Counted from the stretch's first letter, positions 9,007 to 20,455 are shown. The stretch: DNA of 64,000 bases from a virus (IMGVR_UViG_3300028603_000025:1-64000), one strand, 5' to 3'. Notes: generated by a model from the letters alone, not told the origin. Translations and numbers: made by a program.

Positions 9007-11574
9007 ATGCCAAATATTTCTACCAGAAAATTCGTTTCAACTCCTTTACTCCAGAACTCAGTAGCCGAAGCTGTCTTCAACGAAATCGCTTCTTATTCTG
9101 GTCGGTATTATTACTATCTTGGGGCCGTGATTTCTCCGGGTAACCGTGAGGTTTCCGCATTCACTACTGATAACCTCCATTTTGAGAGGTTTACTCGTCG
9201 TAATATTCTGATTGCAAACGAAATTCGTCCTTCAGACGTTTCATACTCTATTCCTCGAATCGATTGGACGTCGGGCACAGTATACGATACTTATGATGAT
9301 TCTTACTCAGATAAGATAATCGGGATTAATCTCTTGGCAGGAGGTTCAGGCTACGCTAACGGAACTACGTATGTTTCTATTACAGGAGGAAACGGGGAAC
9401 GTGCTTCTGCTAATGCTCATATCGAATCAGGTTCAATAACGTTTATCGAACTGGTGGAAGGTGGAAATAGCTTTACCCATAAACCAAACGTAGAGATTAT
9501 CGGGGAAGGAACCGGGGCAGTAGTCGATGCGGTAATGAACTTTACTATCAGTGGTTCTACTTCTCTTAACGATGCGAACTTCTATGTCCTTACTGATGAC
9601 CGCAATATATACAAGTGTTTAGATAATAACGGGCGAATTCCTTCAGTGGATAAGCCTGTAGAGATTACTCCAGAACCGTTCTTTACTCCTGATGGATATC
9701 TATGGAAATACATGGGCACCATTCCGACTTATCTATCAAACAAATTTCTGACTGATAAGTATATGCCGGTAATGAATGCGCTCACCGAGACTTATTATTC
9801 TGACGGTGAGATAAAGCATGTTCTCATGGATGATACTGGGTATGGTTATACTCACGCCAAAGTTACTATTACAGGGGACGGAAGTCTTGCTTCCGAGAAA
9901 TACAGAGTTTCTGGTCTCAGTATAGACAATCCCGGAACCTATTATACTGTTGCGTCCTTGGTGATTTCGCCTCCGGTATACGATTTCTCGAATTTCATCC
10001 CAAACAAATACTATTTTGCCGGAAAGACTCTGGTCTATTCCAATCGTTATTATCGAGCCTTGAATACTGGCTATACTGGCTTAACTTTCCCTATTCATCG
10101 AGACGGAATAGTTACTTCTGGTAACGTTGACCTTGAGTATGTTGCAGAACGTATATCTGCTAACCTTACTCTTTATGATGGTGAAATTATCGGAATTACT
10201 GACTTTTCCGGAAGTGTTCGGGACGTGACGATAACCAATGCTGGCTCCGGATATCTTACTGCTCCCGATATCACCATGGGAAATTCTGACGCACAGGCTT
10301 ATTCGACTATCAATAACGGTCATCTTGCCAAGATAGTAATAACGAATCCGGGCAATATGCAGGTTGCTCCTGATGTAATCATAGGACGCGAATGGTTCCC
10401 TTCTGAAGCAGTCGTATTAAACGAACAGATTTTCTATTCAGCTAATCTATATACTGTTGTTGGTGGGGGGACTCTTGGAGTAACGCCTCCGAATTTTGAT
10501 TCTGGTTATTCGATGAACGGGACCGCCAATTTACTTTACGCAGGAACACCAGCAATTGCTTACGCTAACGTATCGTATGGGTATGGCTATCAGGATATTC
10601 CGACTATCATGGTAAGCGGGGACGGAGAAGGCGCAGAAGTATCATTTACCGTAGATAAGACTGGCGCCAAGGCATTTCCGATTATAGACGACGGAATGAT
10701 TACTGATATTGCTATTCCTGACGGTGGTATCGGGTATACCACCGCAAACGTTATTATTTCAGGAGACGGCCAAGAAGCTAAAGCAAGAGTGGTTCTGATG
10801 GAAGGCGATTTAACATCAAACCAGTCTACTTCAGAACTGGCATCTATTGACGGGGCTATTCATTCGATTCGTGTGGTATCCGGAGGATATGGCTATAACG
10901 ATGCTATTATAAATATATATGGTGACGGGACCGGAGCAAAGGCATGGGCAGAAATAAACCAAGGAAAAATCAGACGAATTATCATGTCTGATGAAGGAAA
11001 AGATTACACCTGGGCAACCGTGGAAGTGTATGGAGATGGTAAGGGAGCAACCGCACGAGCAATTCTCCCCCCGATTGGAGGACACGGAAAGAATCCTGTT
11101 AAAGAATTTGGGGCTAAGTCTTTATCTTTCTATACCAATATGGGCGAAGAAAAGATTCACGGGGTTCGCATTGATAATAATTACCGACAATTCGGTATCA
11201 TGAAGAATATTTCCCGCTATGGTCAGAAGAGATTCTTTAATGAAAGGCTGGCTCATTTTGCATGGCTCGGTTACTCGTCTAATATCGACGCGAACATCTT
11301 TGTCCCGGATACGATAGTAACTAAACACTCAGACGGTTCTGAATTTGTGATAGTTTCTGTTGAGGGGGAAAAGGTAATCATGACTGATTTGACTGGGAAT
11401 GGAATAATCCCCATGGATAGATTCATCTTTGAAGATAATGAGTTTTCAGTCCAGTCGGTCATTGAACCAGAAGTCGATAAATGGTCAGGTAGTATGATTT
11501 TGATTGATAACAGAACAGAATTTGCGCCATCAGGCGAAGAAAGAATTGCATTCAGAACAACGATTACCTACTAG
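9007..11574 (+). CDS. Baseplate wedge protein, T4 gp8-like, with inserted Gly-rich beta repeats
   Basis: PRIDWTSGTVYD, FYVLTDDRNIYKCLDN, DGYLWKYM, GGHGKNPVKEFG and NYRQFGI motifs. Confidence 0.85.
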   Translation: MPNISTRKFVSTPLLQNSVAEAVFNEIASYSGRYYYYLGAVISPGNREVSAFTTDNLHFERFTRRNILIANEIRPSDVSYSIPRIDWTSGTVYDTYDDSYSDKIIGINLLAGGSGYANGTTYVSITGGNGERASANAHIESGSITFIELVEGGNSFTHKPNVEIIGEGTGAVVDAVMNFTISGSTSLNDANFYVLTDDRNIYKCLDNNGRIPSVDKPVEITPEPFFTPDGYLWKYMGTIPTYLSNKFLTDKYMPVMNALTETYYSDGEIKHVLMDDTGYGYTHAKVTITGDGSLASEKYRVSGLSIDNPGTYYTVASLVISPPVYDFSNFIPNKYYFAGKTLVYSNRYYRALNTGYTGLTFPIHRDGIVTSGNVDLEYVAERISANLTLYDGEIIGITDFSGSVRDVTITNAGSGYLTAPDITMGNSDAQAYSTINNGHLAKIVITNPGNMQVAPDVIIGREWFPSEAVVLNEQIFYSANLYTVVGGGTLGVTPPNFDSGYSMNGTANLLYAGTPAIAYANVSYGYGYQDIPTIMVSGDGEGAEVSFTVDKTGAKAFPIIDDGMITDIAIPDGGIGYTTANVIISGDGQEAKARVVLMEGDLTSNQSTSELASIDGAIHSIRVVSGGYGYNDAIINIYGDGTGAKAWAEINQGKIRRIIMSDEGKDYTWATVEVYGDGKGATARAILPPIGGHGKNPVKEFGAKSLSFYTNMGEEKIHGVRIDNNYRQFGIMKNISRYGQKRFFNERLAHFAWLGYSSNIDANIFVPDTIVTKHSDGSEFVIVSVEGEKVIMTDLTGNGIIPMDRFIFEDNEFSVQSVIEPEVDKWSGSMILIDNRTEFAPSGEERIAFRTTITY

Positions 11575-11582
11575 GAGCTGCT

Positions 11583-14500
11583 TTGGCTACAGATAAACTT
11601 GATTTCAATATATCACCTTATCATGATGACTATAATGAATCAAAGGGATTTCAGAGAATCCTGTATAAACCAGGAATGGCGGTTCAGGCTCGTGAACTTA
11701 ACCAAATGCAGACCCTGTTACAGAAACAGATTCAGCGGTTTGGTGATAACATCTTTGTTCCAGGAACACGTGTTCTTGGGGGCCAATCGATGGTTGATTT
11801 CTTCTATTCCTATGTGAAACTTGCTAACGGATTCTCGGCCATTGCTGAACGGATGGTCGGCCAAGAAGTTCATGGTGAAACATCAGGTATCAAAGCTGTA
11901 GTCATTAAATACGTTAGGGCTTCTCAAGGAGACCCAGACACTCTCTACGTTAAATATACTTCTTCAGCAAATGACTTTGTCCAGAAAGTATTCTCGGATG
12001 GAGAGAATATCATTGCTGATGTATCTCTTGATGTTGTTCGTGCGGCTTCTACTGATGCTACTGGTTTCGGAACTATCTATACTGTTCTTCCGGGCGTAAT
12101 CTATATCAAAGACCATTTTGTCTATCATGATGAACAGAATATCATGGTCGAGAAATACGTTGGGGGCGAAGGTGCAATAGTGAACCGTAAAGTCGGCTTC
12201 ATTGCGTCTGAGTATATTATCGATTCGGAAGATGATGATAGCCTACTTGACCCTGCGTTAGGCGCATCAAACTACATGGCTCCAGGAGCGGACCGGTACG
12301 TTATCGATTTGTCTCTGAAAGTATATAATCTCGTTGAAGAAATGGACCAGGATTTCATTGAGCTTACCGCGATTGAAAACGGGGTCATTATCCGTGAAAG
12401 TTCGACCAATACCGAATATTCTGTTTTAGGCGATACCTTGGCCAGAAGAACATACGACGCACATGGTTCGTTCACGGTTCGGCCTTATAACATTGAAATC
12501 ATCGAACACCTGAAGAGCGCAAATACCCAGACAGTAGACGGATTCCTATCTGCTGAACTTGGAGGCAATGCCGATATGTTCGTGGGGATTGTTTCTCCCG
12601 GAAAGGCTTACGTCATGGGTTATGAAGTAGAGAATATTAAATCTCGTTATGTTCCTGCCACGAAGTCAAGAAGCACGGTTACAGTAAATAACGGGACCAT
12701 CGATACTTCGGTCGGTAACTATATCATAGTCAACTCGTTATATTCTGCCCCAGACCTTTCTACCCTGACCAAGGTTAGTATATACGATAGGTATACATTA
12801 TCTCCCGGAACTCCGTCAGGAACCGAAGTCGGAACTTGTCGAGTTAGAGCAATGGTCCCGGAAGGCGCTACATCTTATCGCCTATATATCTTTGACCTGA
12901 AGATGAAAGAAGGATATACCTTTGAGCGTAATGCACATCAGCTATATCAGGAGATTCAAGGAAAACCAGATTTCACTTGCGATATCGAACCTACCTATGT
13001 TCAGTTGCCTGGAACTGTATCGGTTTCGAGCTCATCAAATGTAATTGCCGGGACCGGAACAAGGTTTGACCTTGAACTGACTTCAGGCGATTACATTACC
13101 TTTGGGCCGAGTAACACTACCCTTAGAATCACCGGAACTACCAACGACATATCTGCTACAGCATCTACGAATGCAGGGGTGACTGTCTCGGGAGTCAATT
13201 ACTTTCTCAACACTTCTAAAGTCATCGACACTGAGTTAAATTCATATATCCATGAATTGCCGTATGACGTAATCAAAACCGTGAACCCAACGGGCACGGA
13301 AATGAACTATAATACAAGGCGGGTATATGACCGAACGTTATCGGGAGGGAACGTCACAATCACCGCGAATACCGACGAAACGTTTGCTCCTTATACTTCC
13401 TCAAATTATACAGCTATCAATCTCGATAATGGAAGTGTTATTGATTTAGCCGGAAAGGTAACTCGTTCAGGTTCTCCGGTAGGAAAGAATATTACCTTTG
13501 AGCTTGGGTTAGGGTCATCTGAAGTTCGACTGGTAACCACGATTCAGAAATCGAATTCGGCTTCTTTGAAGAAGGTTAAAACTTTAGTCGAAGATGCAAC
13601 CATTACCCTGAATAATGCCTCGGCAGCACAAGCAACCCTGATTAGTCTTACCAGGTCTGATTGCTTCCGGCTGAAGTCTATCCAAATGGATTATACCGGT
13701 TTTGCTACTCCGTTTGATGATACTAAGATAATCGATATCACTTCACGATATAATTTTGATGACGGTCAAAGAATCTCTTATTACGATATCGGTTCAGTAT
13801 CCCTGAAACAAGGAATGCCGAAGCCGACTGGTCCGATTAGAATCACCTATGATTACTTCAATCATTCTGGGGGCGATTTCTTCTCGGTTGATTCATACAC
13901 TGGAGCAATCGATTATAAAGACATCCCGACCTTCAACTCAGGTAATAAAGTATATAACCTGCGTGACTGTCTGGATTTTCGTCCAAAGATTGATTCAAAC
14001 GGAATCGGATTCTCGGCCCCGTCTGAATTCATCAGTCCTGATTTAGATATCATCTCTGATTACGAATACTATCTGCCCCGAATCGATAAAATAGTTCTGG
14101 ATGCACGGGGGGAATTTGTCTATGTTGAGGGGGTTCCGAATCTGAATCCCAAAGAACCCCCGACCCCTCCTAACACAATGCCTTTGTTTGTTCTTCAGCA
14201 AGAACCTTATGTCTTCGACGTCAAGAAGGATATCAAGGTAATCAAGGTCGAGAATAAACGTTTCACGATGCGGGATATAGGGAAGCTGGAAACCAGAATT
14301 AAGAACCTTGAATATTACGTGTCTCTTTCTTTGCTTGAACGGGATACTGCAACATTCCAGGTTAAAGACGAATTTGGTTTTGATAGATTCAAGAACGGCA
14401 TCATTGTTGATGCGTTTACCGGTCACCTGATAGGCGATGCCCAGAATCCTGATTATTCTATCTCCATGGATTTCCGGGAAGGATATATTCGTCCTACCTA

Positions 14501-17500
14501 TTCGCAACAGTTTATGGAACTGCATGAAGTAGCACAGAACGATTCAGAAAGAACCGATGCATTCTACCAAAGAACAGGTAACGTTGCTACCTTACCATAT
14601 ACACACTTCCTGTTTGCTCAGAATAACGCGACCTCCAGAACCGAGAATATTAATCCGTTTTCGGTAATGAACTGGATTGGTACCTTGGAACTTGACCCGC
14701 CATCAGATATATGGTTTAACACGAACAAACAACCGACAGCATATTTACAGGCTGAAGGTAATTATAATGCAGTGGCGCAGGCAGCACAAAACGCTGGAAC
14801 CTGGGGCACAGTCTGGAACGCATGGCAATATAACTGGTACGGTAACGACTGGGAAGGAAAGACACAGGTAGCTGATAGAACCGGAACCACCTATAAGATG
14901 AACGAGAAGATAGATACTTCAGTCGAAACTGATGTTGAAGTATCCCGGGAAGCTATTCCTTTGATGCGTGACGTAACTATTACGTTTACTGCTCACGGAA
15001 TGAAACCAAATTCCAAGTTGCATGCCTGGTTTGATAATCGTCGGGTAACTGATTTCTGCAGACCTTTAAACGGTCTTGATTCAGGAGATATCTGGTCCAT
15101 AAGAACTGACTCCACCGGTAAGGTTCAAGGCGTATTCACTTATGATTCTGATTTCTTTAACTTCCCGAGCGGAGACCACTATTTCAGGTTAACCGATTCT
15201 CCTACCAATGCAAATGATTCAGAGACTGCAGCAGAAGCTATATTTACATCTTCTGGCCAACTGGTAACTACACGGGACGAGGTAACTTCAACCAGAAATG
15301 GTTATATTACTTCAGAGAACGTTTATCAATCACAGGTTAATCAGTATATCCCTCCTGCGCCTTATACCAGACCAGGTTTAACTTACGGGGAATTCCTGGT
15401 GACGCAACTGAACGGGTATAGTGTAACTACATCAGTCATCGCCGATTTAGAGAAAAGTGACGGGCAGTATGACCAATATCGTGAACTGGCTCGGATGCTC
15501 GAATATTATCGCAACCCAGCTTATTTCGGTACGACTCATCCACATGTCGGGAATCCATCTGTCTGGTCACCTTATATTCTCCCGAACGGTCACGTTGATG
15601 CTATAGGCGTTATTCAGAATATCTTGTTCCCGACTGGAGTCGGCTCATTCGAACGGTACTGGTGGATAACAGGTAGAATACGAGTTGATAAGATTTGCCA
15701 ACACATGGGATATTCTGGAACCGGAGATTGTTCATTAAATTACTTTAGTAATCCTCCGATATGGCCCGGTGGCGCTGGTAATTTGAGCATGCCTATATCA
15801 AACGTTAATACATTAAAAGTAATATATTCTGTCGCAGAAGCTATTGCTCTCATATGTGCTCCGGATTCTGCCTTTCCTGCAAGTAAAGCAGATTTCTTGG
15901 CTTATAGAAGTCAACTTGTCAATAGCCCGACACGACTTGATTTTCCAAATTATGTTTCTCCGGCGGGCTCACACGAACCAAGAACTTGTTGGGCAAACGA
16001 CCCCTTGGCTCAGACGTTCATCGTTTCCGGTAATCCAGTATTCTTATCAAAAGTAGATTTATATTTCTATGATAAAGATGAGAACGTTCCGGCGCAAATG
16101 GAAATCCGAACCGTGGTAAACGGCATGCCTGCACAGAAAGTTGTTCCGTTCTCTCGGGTAAACATCTATCCCAATCAGGTTAATATTTCTGATGATGGTA
16201 GCGTAGCCACTACGATTAACTTTGACGGCTTGGTCTATCTTGAGCCGGGAGAATACTGTTTGGTTCTCCTGACATCCTCTATCAATTACCGGATGTGGAT
16301 TAGTAATATCGGAGAACGCGACGTCATTACCAATAAGATAATTACTCAGCAACCGTTTGTCGGGGTTTTATTTAAATCTCAGAACGCTTCTACTTGGAGC
16401 GCTGACCAGTTACAAGACCTTAAATTTAAGTTATACGCCGCGAAATTTGATAATTCTCGGGTAGGCGAAATTGATTTTGTGGTTGATGCTGATGACTACC
16501 AAAATCGGTCTCTTGCACAAGACCCGATTACTCTGTTTCCTGGGTCTCCAGTAGCATTGGTTAACCATCCAAACAACGGACTGATTGAAGGCTCGTATGT
16601 CAATTTAGGAAACATGTTCAATCCGTTATGGACAGCTAATGCAAATGCTGAAATAACGTTGTACGGGAACTATCCGGAAGATATCGAGGGCGCTAACTTA
16701 ATGGTTTCAAACGTCCAGACAAACTCATATACCTTTGACTTACCAAACGTGACTACAAGCAACTCTGTAGTTAAAGTCGGGGGAGGTTCCATGTCGGCAA
16801 CCCAAGACTTTAAATACGACGCTTTCTATCCTGCTATATCGGTTCTTGCCGTACCAGGAACAGTATCCGAGTATTCTATCGAAACTCACGACGTAGGTTA
16901 TCAATACAGACCATTCGCGATAATCGGAAAAGGAACCACGGAATTTGAAACCACAAAAGTTCTTCCTTCTGATAAGAATAAGGCAGAGTTCATAGGAAAT
17001 ACATCCCCGTTAACTTTCCGGGTAACGATTTCCTCTGATCAACCTAACTGGTCTCCTATCGTTGACATGCAGCAAGTCGGAGGAGTATTCATACATAACA
17101 TCGTGAATAATCCTACATACGAATCCGAAACTTCAGGACTCGATGAACAGCTTATTGCGTCCAGCACAGATATATCTATCGTTAAATCTTCTGACGAAAC
17201 AGGCTATATCAATATCGTCGATTCAGTGGATAGAGCAAACGTGATATCCATGACAAAAGGAACTTACCTGAACGTTTCTGGTTCCTTGTCAGACGGAAGG
17301 TATCGTATCGTCGACATTATCGATTCAGGTTCAAACGTTCTTCTGGCAGGTAACGTAATAAACGAAAATGCAGGGAACACTATAACCTTAATTAACGGAA
17401 CCAGATTTGTTGCTGAAGAGGCTGCTTCCGGAGGTTCTGCTATGTCGAAATATATTACCAAGCAATTTGACTTTGTTAATCCTTCTACTTCAATCAGACT

Positions 17501-17774
17501 GTTGTTTGATGCCCATAGACCAGAAGGAACACATATCAAGGTTTATTACAAAACTAAGCTTTCCGGAGAATCAGACCTCTTGGCAAATAAAGAGTACATC
17601 GAAATTCCGGATATCTCGATTAAACAAGCAATGGGAAGTGAGTTCTATGAAGTTGACCATCAGGTAGACGAACTTCCTCAGTTTACATCATTGATTCTTA
17701 AGATAGTTCTGTTAAGCGATAACTCAGCAAGAGTGCCAAAGGTATCGTCCCTCAGAACAATCGTACTTGCATAA
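11583..17774 (+). CDS. Large virion structural protein, DUF4815/VrlC-like
   Basis: N-terminal SPYHDDY...KPGMAVQARELNQMQ, APGADRY, GKAYVMGYE and DPLAQTF motifs. Confidence 0.85.
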   Translation: MATDKLDFNISPYHDDYNESKGFQRILYKPGMAVQARELNQMQTLLQKQIQRFGDNIFVPGTRVLGGQSMVDFFYSYVKLANGFSAIAERMVGQEVHGETSGIKAVVIKYVRASQGDPDTLYVKYTSSANDFVQKVFSDGENIIADVSLDVVRAASTDATGFGTIYTVLPGVIYIKDHFVYHDEQNIMVEKYVGGEGAIVNRKVGFIASEYIIDSEDDDSLLDPALGASNYMAPGADRYVIDLSLKVYNLVEEMDQDFIELTAIENGVIIRESSTNTEYSVLGDTLARRTYDAHGSFTVRPYNIEIIEHLKSANTQTVDGFLSAELGGNADMFVGIVSPGKAYVMGYEVENIKSRYVPATKSRSTVTVNNGTIDTSVGNYIIVNSLYSAPDLSTLTKVSIYDRYTLSPGTPSGTEVGTCRVRAMVPEGATSYRLYIFDLKMKEGYTFERNAHQLYQEIQGKPDFTCDIEPTYVQLPGTVSVSSSSNVIAGTGTRFDLELTSGDYITFGPSNTTLRITGTTNDISATASTNAGVTVSGVNYFLNTSKVIDTELNSYIHELPYDVIKTVNPTGTEMNYNTRRVYDRTLSGGNVTITANTDETFAPYTSSNYTAINLDNGSVIDLAGKVTRSGSPVGKNITFELGLGSSEVRLVTTIQKSNSASLKKVKTLVEDATITLNNASAAQATLISLTRSDCFRLKSIQMDYTGFATPFDDTKIIDITSRYNFDDGQRISYYDIGSVSLKQGMPKPTGPIRITYDYFNHSGGDFFSVDSYTGAIDYKDIPTFNSGNKVYNLRDCLDFRPKIDSNGIGFSAPSEFISPDLDIISDYEYYLPRIDKIVLDARGEFVYVEGVPNLNPKEPPTPPNTMPLFVLQQEPYVFDVKKDIKVIKVENKRFTMRDIGKLETRIKNLEYYVSLSLLERDTATFQVKDEFGFDRFKNGIIVDAFTGHLIGDAQNPDYSISMDFREGYIRPTYSQQFMELHEVAQNDSERTDAFYQRTGNVATLPYTHFLFAQNNATSRTENINPFSVMNWIGTLELDPPSDIWFNTNKQPTAYLQAEGNYNAVAQAAQNAGTWGTVWNAWQYNWYGNDWEGKTQVADRTGTTYKMNEKIDTSVETDVEVSREAIPLMRDVTITFTAHGMKPNSKLHAWFDNRRVTDFCRPLNGLDSGDIWSIRTDSTGKVQGVFTYDSDFFNFPSGDHYFRLTDSPTNANDSETAAEAIFTSSGQLVTTRDEVTSTRNGYITSENVYQSQVNQYIPPAPYTRPGLTYGEFLVTQLNGYSVTTSVIADLEKSDGQYDQYRELARMLEYYRNPAYFGTTHPHVGNPSVWSPYILPNGHVDAIGVIQNILFPTGVGSFERYWWITGRIRVDKICQHMGYSGTGDCSLNYFSNPPIWPGGAGNLSMPISNVNTLKVIYSVAEAIALICAPDSAFPASKADFLAYRSQLVNSPTRLDFPNYVSPAGSHEPRTCWANDPLAQTFIVSGNPVFLSKVDLYFYDKDENVPAQMEIRTVVNGMPAQKVVPFSRVNIYPNQVNISDDGSVATTINFDGLVYLEPGEYCLVLLTSSINYRMWISNIGERDVITNKIITQQPFVGVLFKSQNASTWSADQLQDLKFKLYAAKFDNSRVGEIDFVVDADDYQNRSLAQDPITLFPGSPVALVNHPNNGLIEGSYVNLGNMFNPLWTANANAEITLYGNYPEDIEGANLMVSNVQTNSYTFDLPNVTTSNSVVKVGGGSMSATQDFKYDAFYPAISVLAVPGTVSEYSIETHDVGYQYRPFAIIGKGTTEFETTKVLPSDKNKAEFIGNTSPLTFRVTISSDQPNWSPIVDMQQVGGVFIHNIVNNPTYESETSGLDEQLIASSTDISIVKSSDETGYINIVDSVDRANVISMTKGTYLNVSGSLSDGRYRIVDIIDSGSNVLLAGNVINENAGNTITLINGTRFVAEEAASGGSAMSKYITKQFDFVNPSTSIRLLFDAHRPEGTHIKVYYKTKLSGESDLLANKEYIEIPDISIKQAMGSEFYEVDHQVDELPQFTSLILKIVLLSDNSARVPKVSSLRTIVLA

Positions 17775-17777
17775 AAC

Positions 17778-17969
17778 ATGATTAAAGAAAGAAAGGTCCG
17801 GGACTTTCCCGGATTCACAAAAAACATGGATACCGGTGCAATCGTTAACTCGGATACGTCGGCATTCAAAGAATACTCAGAAAAGAAACTTCTGGTCAAT
17901 ACAGTTCTTGAACTTAAACAGGAACTTGCAATCATGCGAAAATTCATAAATAGTAGTATTAAAGAATAA
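17778..17969 (+). CDS. Small hypothetical protein of the type that follows DUF4815 genes
   Basis: K-x-x-x-TGAIVN motif followed by a coiled-coil-like C-terminus. Confidence 0.65.
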   Translation: MIKERKVRDFPGFTKNMDTGAIVNSDTSAFKEYSEKKLLVNTVLELKQELAIMRKFINSSIKE

Positions 17970-17990
17970 CAATTCCCGGAAAGAGGACAT

Positions 17991-19307
17991 ATGGCAGTCA
18001 TTACCTTACGTAACGTCAAAGGAACCCCGTTAACAAACTCAGAAGTTGACGGTAATTTTGCAAACTTAAATACCGAAATAGGCGAAGTCTCGGGTACCCT
18101 TGGTAACGTAATCACGAATCAAGGTAATCTCGAAGGACTGTCTACCACGGATAAAGGAAATCTGGTTGCTGCGATCAATGAAGTATACCAGAAATCCACA
18201 GAAGCTGCGAACATCGATTTATCGAATGTGCGAATCACGGGCGGAGAAATCACTAATACTGATTGGAAAGGAAATATCGTACCTATTCAGTATGGTGGGA
18301 CACAAGCAAATACAGCGACACAGGCCAGAACAAATCTTGGTCTGGAAATAGGAAACCACGTTCAGGCATGGAATACGAATCTTGATGACCTGGCGGCTTT
18401 AACTCCTACAGAAAACTTTGTTGTTATCGGGGACGGAACAGAATGGACTACCGCTAATATCATCGACCTTATCAATGATGGTGCAGGCGGTAATCTTGGT
18501 ACCATGGCTTTCCAAGACGCAAACTCTATTACTATCGTTGACGGGACAGCATCAGGAACATTCAGTGCCGCTTTGTTCTCAGGGGACGGTGGTCTGTTGT
18601 CGAATATCTCCGGAACAGGAGGCGGAGGAGGCTCAGGTTTATTCAATACTGAAATTTCTCAGTCTACCGGATACCTGTTGACCACTTCTGCTGCAAATGC
18701 CTTAGTAATTCCTAATACTGACCCTGACGCAAGATATATACTTCATTCGATTCATGTAACTAATATCAGTTCAGAAGGAAACGCAAACGCAACAATTAAT
18801 CTGTTGGGAACAGGGTATGCTACCAATATCACTCTGGGGGATAGCGTTCCATTGACCAAGAATACCGCAACCGAAATCCTGAAGAAACCGAAGATTCTAC
18901 AACCTGGTAATTATATCCAGATGGTTGCCTCGGATGCCAACCGGTTACACGCAACTATCACCTTGGAGAAGAGTGACGAATCAGCTTATTTCGGTTCAGG
19001 AGTCGATATAACCGTTTCTGATACCTATATGATAGCAGGTCAGACTGACGCAAACTCGGTTATCGAATCTATCCTTCTGACCAATGATTCAGCAGGTGGA
19101 TTTGATGCTCAGGTTAATTGCACTTGGGTAAATGCGGCAAACGTAATTCAAGGATATTACTGTTTTGGTATGGTCGTTCCTTCTGGGGGAACAATTGAAT
19201 TACTCGAGAAACCTAAATTCCTTCCGGCTAACCATAAAATCATGGTTTCCGCGAATATGCCAAATCGTATCGAAGCAATCGTTTCTGGCAAGAAAGACAT
19301 ATCTTAA
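17991..19307 (+). CDS. Tail-fibre-like protein with two tandem C-terminal beta domains
   Basis: KGTPLTNSEVDGNF N-terminus, LVAAINE, GGT...ARTNLGL and LGTMAFQ fibre motifs; duplicated SIxxTN...EILxKPKxL domain; CATAAATA at 17945. Confidence 0.7.
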   Translation: MAVITLRNVKGTPLTNSEVDGNFANLNTEIGEVSGTLGNVITNQGNLEGLSTTDKGNLVAAINEVYQKSTEAANIDLSNVRITGGEITNTDWKGNIVPIQYGGTQANTATQARTNLGLEIGNHVQAWNTNLDDLAALTPTENFVVIGDGTEWTTANIIDLINDGAGGNLGTMAFQDANSITIVDGTASGTFSAALFSGDGGLLSNISGTGGGGGSGLFNTEISQSTGYLLTTSAANALVIPNTDPDARYILHSIHVTNISSEGNANATINLLGTGYATNITLGDSVPLTKNTATEILKKPKILQPGNYIQMVASDANRLHATITLEKSDESAYFGSGVDITVSDTYMIAGQTDANSVIESILLTNDSAGGFDAQVNCTWVNAANVIQGYYCFGMVVPSGGTIELLEKPKFLPANHKIMVSANMPNRIEAIVSGKKDIS

Positions 19308-20455
19308 TGGAGAAGCAACCCTGGCATTCTCATATATGGGAACTGTGCGACGTTTATAAATACTCCGTTCGCGGACAATGGGTGGATTACTCAAAGGACA
19401 ATGACCCGTTCGGAGATATCTGGGCGTTTGGGGGAGTATATTTCAACACGTGCGGGGGTCACGGAACATATCCATCCCCAGTTAAATTTCCAGGTCAATG
19501 GATTGACATTCAATATGCCGACAGGCAGGGTTTCATGGCAAGAAAAGCAGACTGTTCTGTTTGGTCATGGGGAAGATATAATCAGTGCGGGAATTTCGGG
19601 GTTCCGTGTTCGGTGGAATATATATCTTCCCCAACTCAGATTCCTGGAAGATGGAAGAAATACTGGCTTGGAATCGGAATTGATACTGATGATAACCTCT
19701 GGACTTGGGGCGAAGCAGGACATCTTGGAAATAATACCAATGCTCCTTCCTTATCTATGGTCCAGATTCCCGGAAAGTGGTTAGACTTTAATAGAAACTG
19801 GTGCGGACTGGGAAGAATTACCGGGGCGATTAAGTCTGATTGCTCGTTATGGATGTGGGGAAATAGCTGTTCTTTACATTATGCACTATGCGGGATAGCA
19901 ACAGTCGCGGATTCACCGGTTAAGATTCCTGGTTCATGGAAAAGTGTTTGTTTATCTGTTCATGGAGATTCAGTAATAGCCCTAAAGAACAACTGTACTC
20001 TATGGGCCTGGGGAAGAGGAGATCGCGGAGTATTAGGAAATGGCAGCACAACTCCAACCACATCCCCTATTCAGATACCAGGCAATTGGAAATGTGCCGT
20101 TACTACTGTTTCCGATTCGGTATATGGAATACGCAATAACGACAACAATCGTTTATGGGGGTGGGGATGTTCATTTGTTCCTCCTCCAAATCCTCCTGTC
20201 CTCAGAAGTAGTCCGGTAATCATAAACGGATGGTGTTGGGCCACTATATGTTCAGATGCAGGCAGATTGAAAGGAAAGATAGAAGGATGTGATTCTCGGT
20301 GGTATTTTCATGTTATTTCAGGAACTCATTTAGGTTATAATGTCTATTATCCATGTAACAATAATATCGTTTTTGGCTGTCCTGCTCCGACTTGTCAGTT
20401 TGAAGATTATAAATTCAGCACCAACGGAGGAGCGACTCTATTCATAAATAGATAA
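19307..20455 (+). CDS. RCC1-repeat beta-propeller protein (Cys-rich)
   Basis: LWxWG...SPxQIPGxW repeats; TAATG overlap couples it to the fibre gene. Confidence 0.85.
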   Translation: MEKQPWHSHIWELCDVYKYSVRGQWVDYSKDNDPFGDIWAFGGVYFNTCGGHGTYPSPVKFPGQWIDIQYADRQGFMARKADCSVWSWGRYNQCGNFGVPCSVEYISSPTQIPGRWKKYWLGIGIDTDDNLWTWGEAGHLGNNTNAPSLSMVQIPGKWLDFNRNWCGLGRITGAIKSDCSLWMWGNSCSLHYALCGIATVADSPVKIPGSWKSVCLSVHGDSVIALKNNCTLWAWGRGDRGVLGNGSTTPTTSPIQIPGNWKCAVTTVSDSVYGIRNNDNNRLWGWGCSFVPPPNPPVLRSSPVIINGWCWATICSDAGRLKGKIEGCDSRWYFHVISGTHLGYNVYYPCNNNIVFGCPAPTCQFEDYKFSTNGGATLFINR

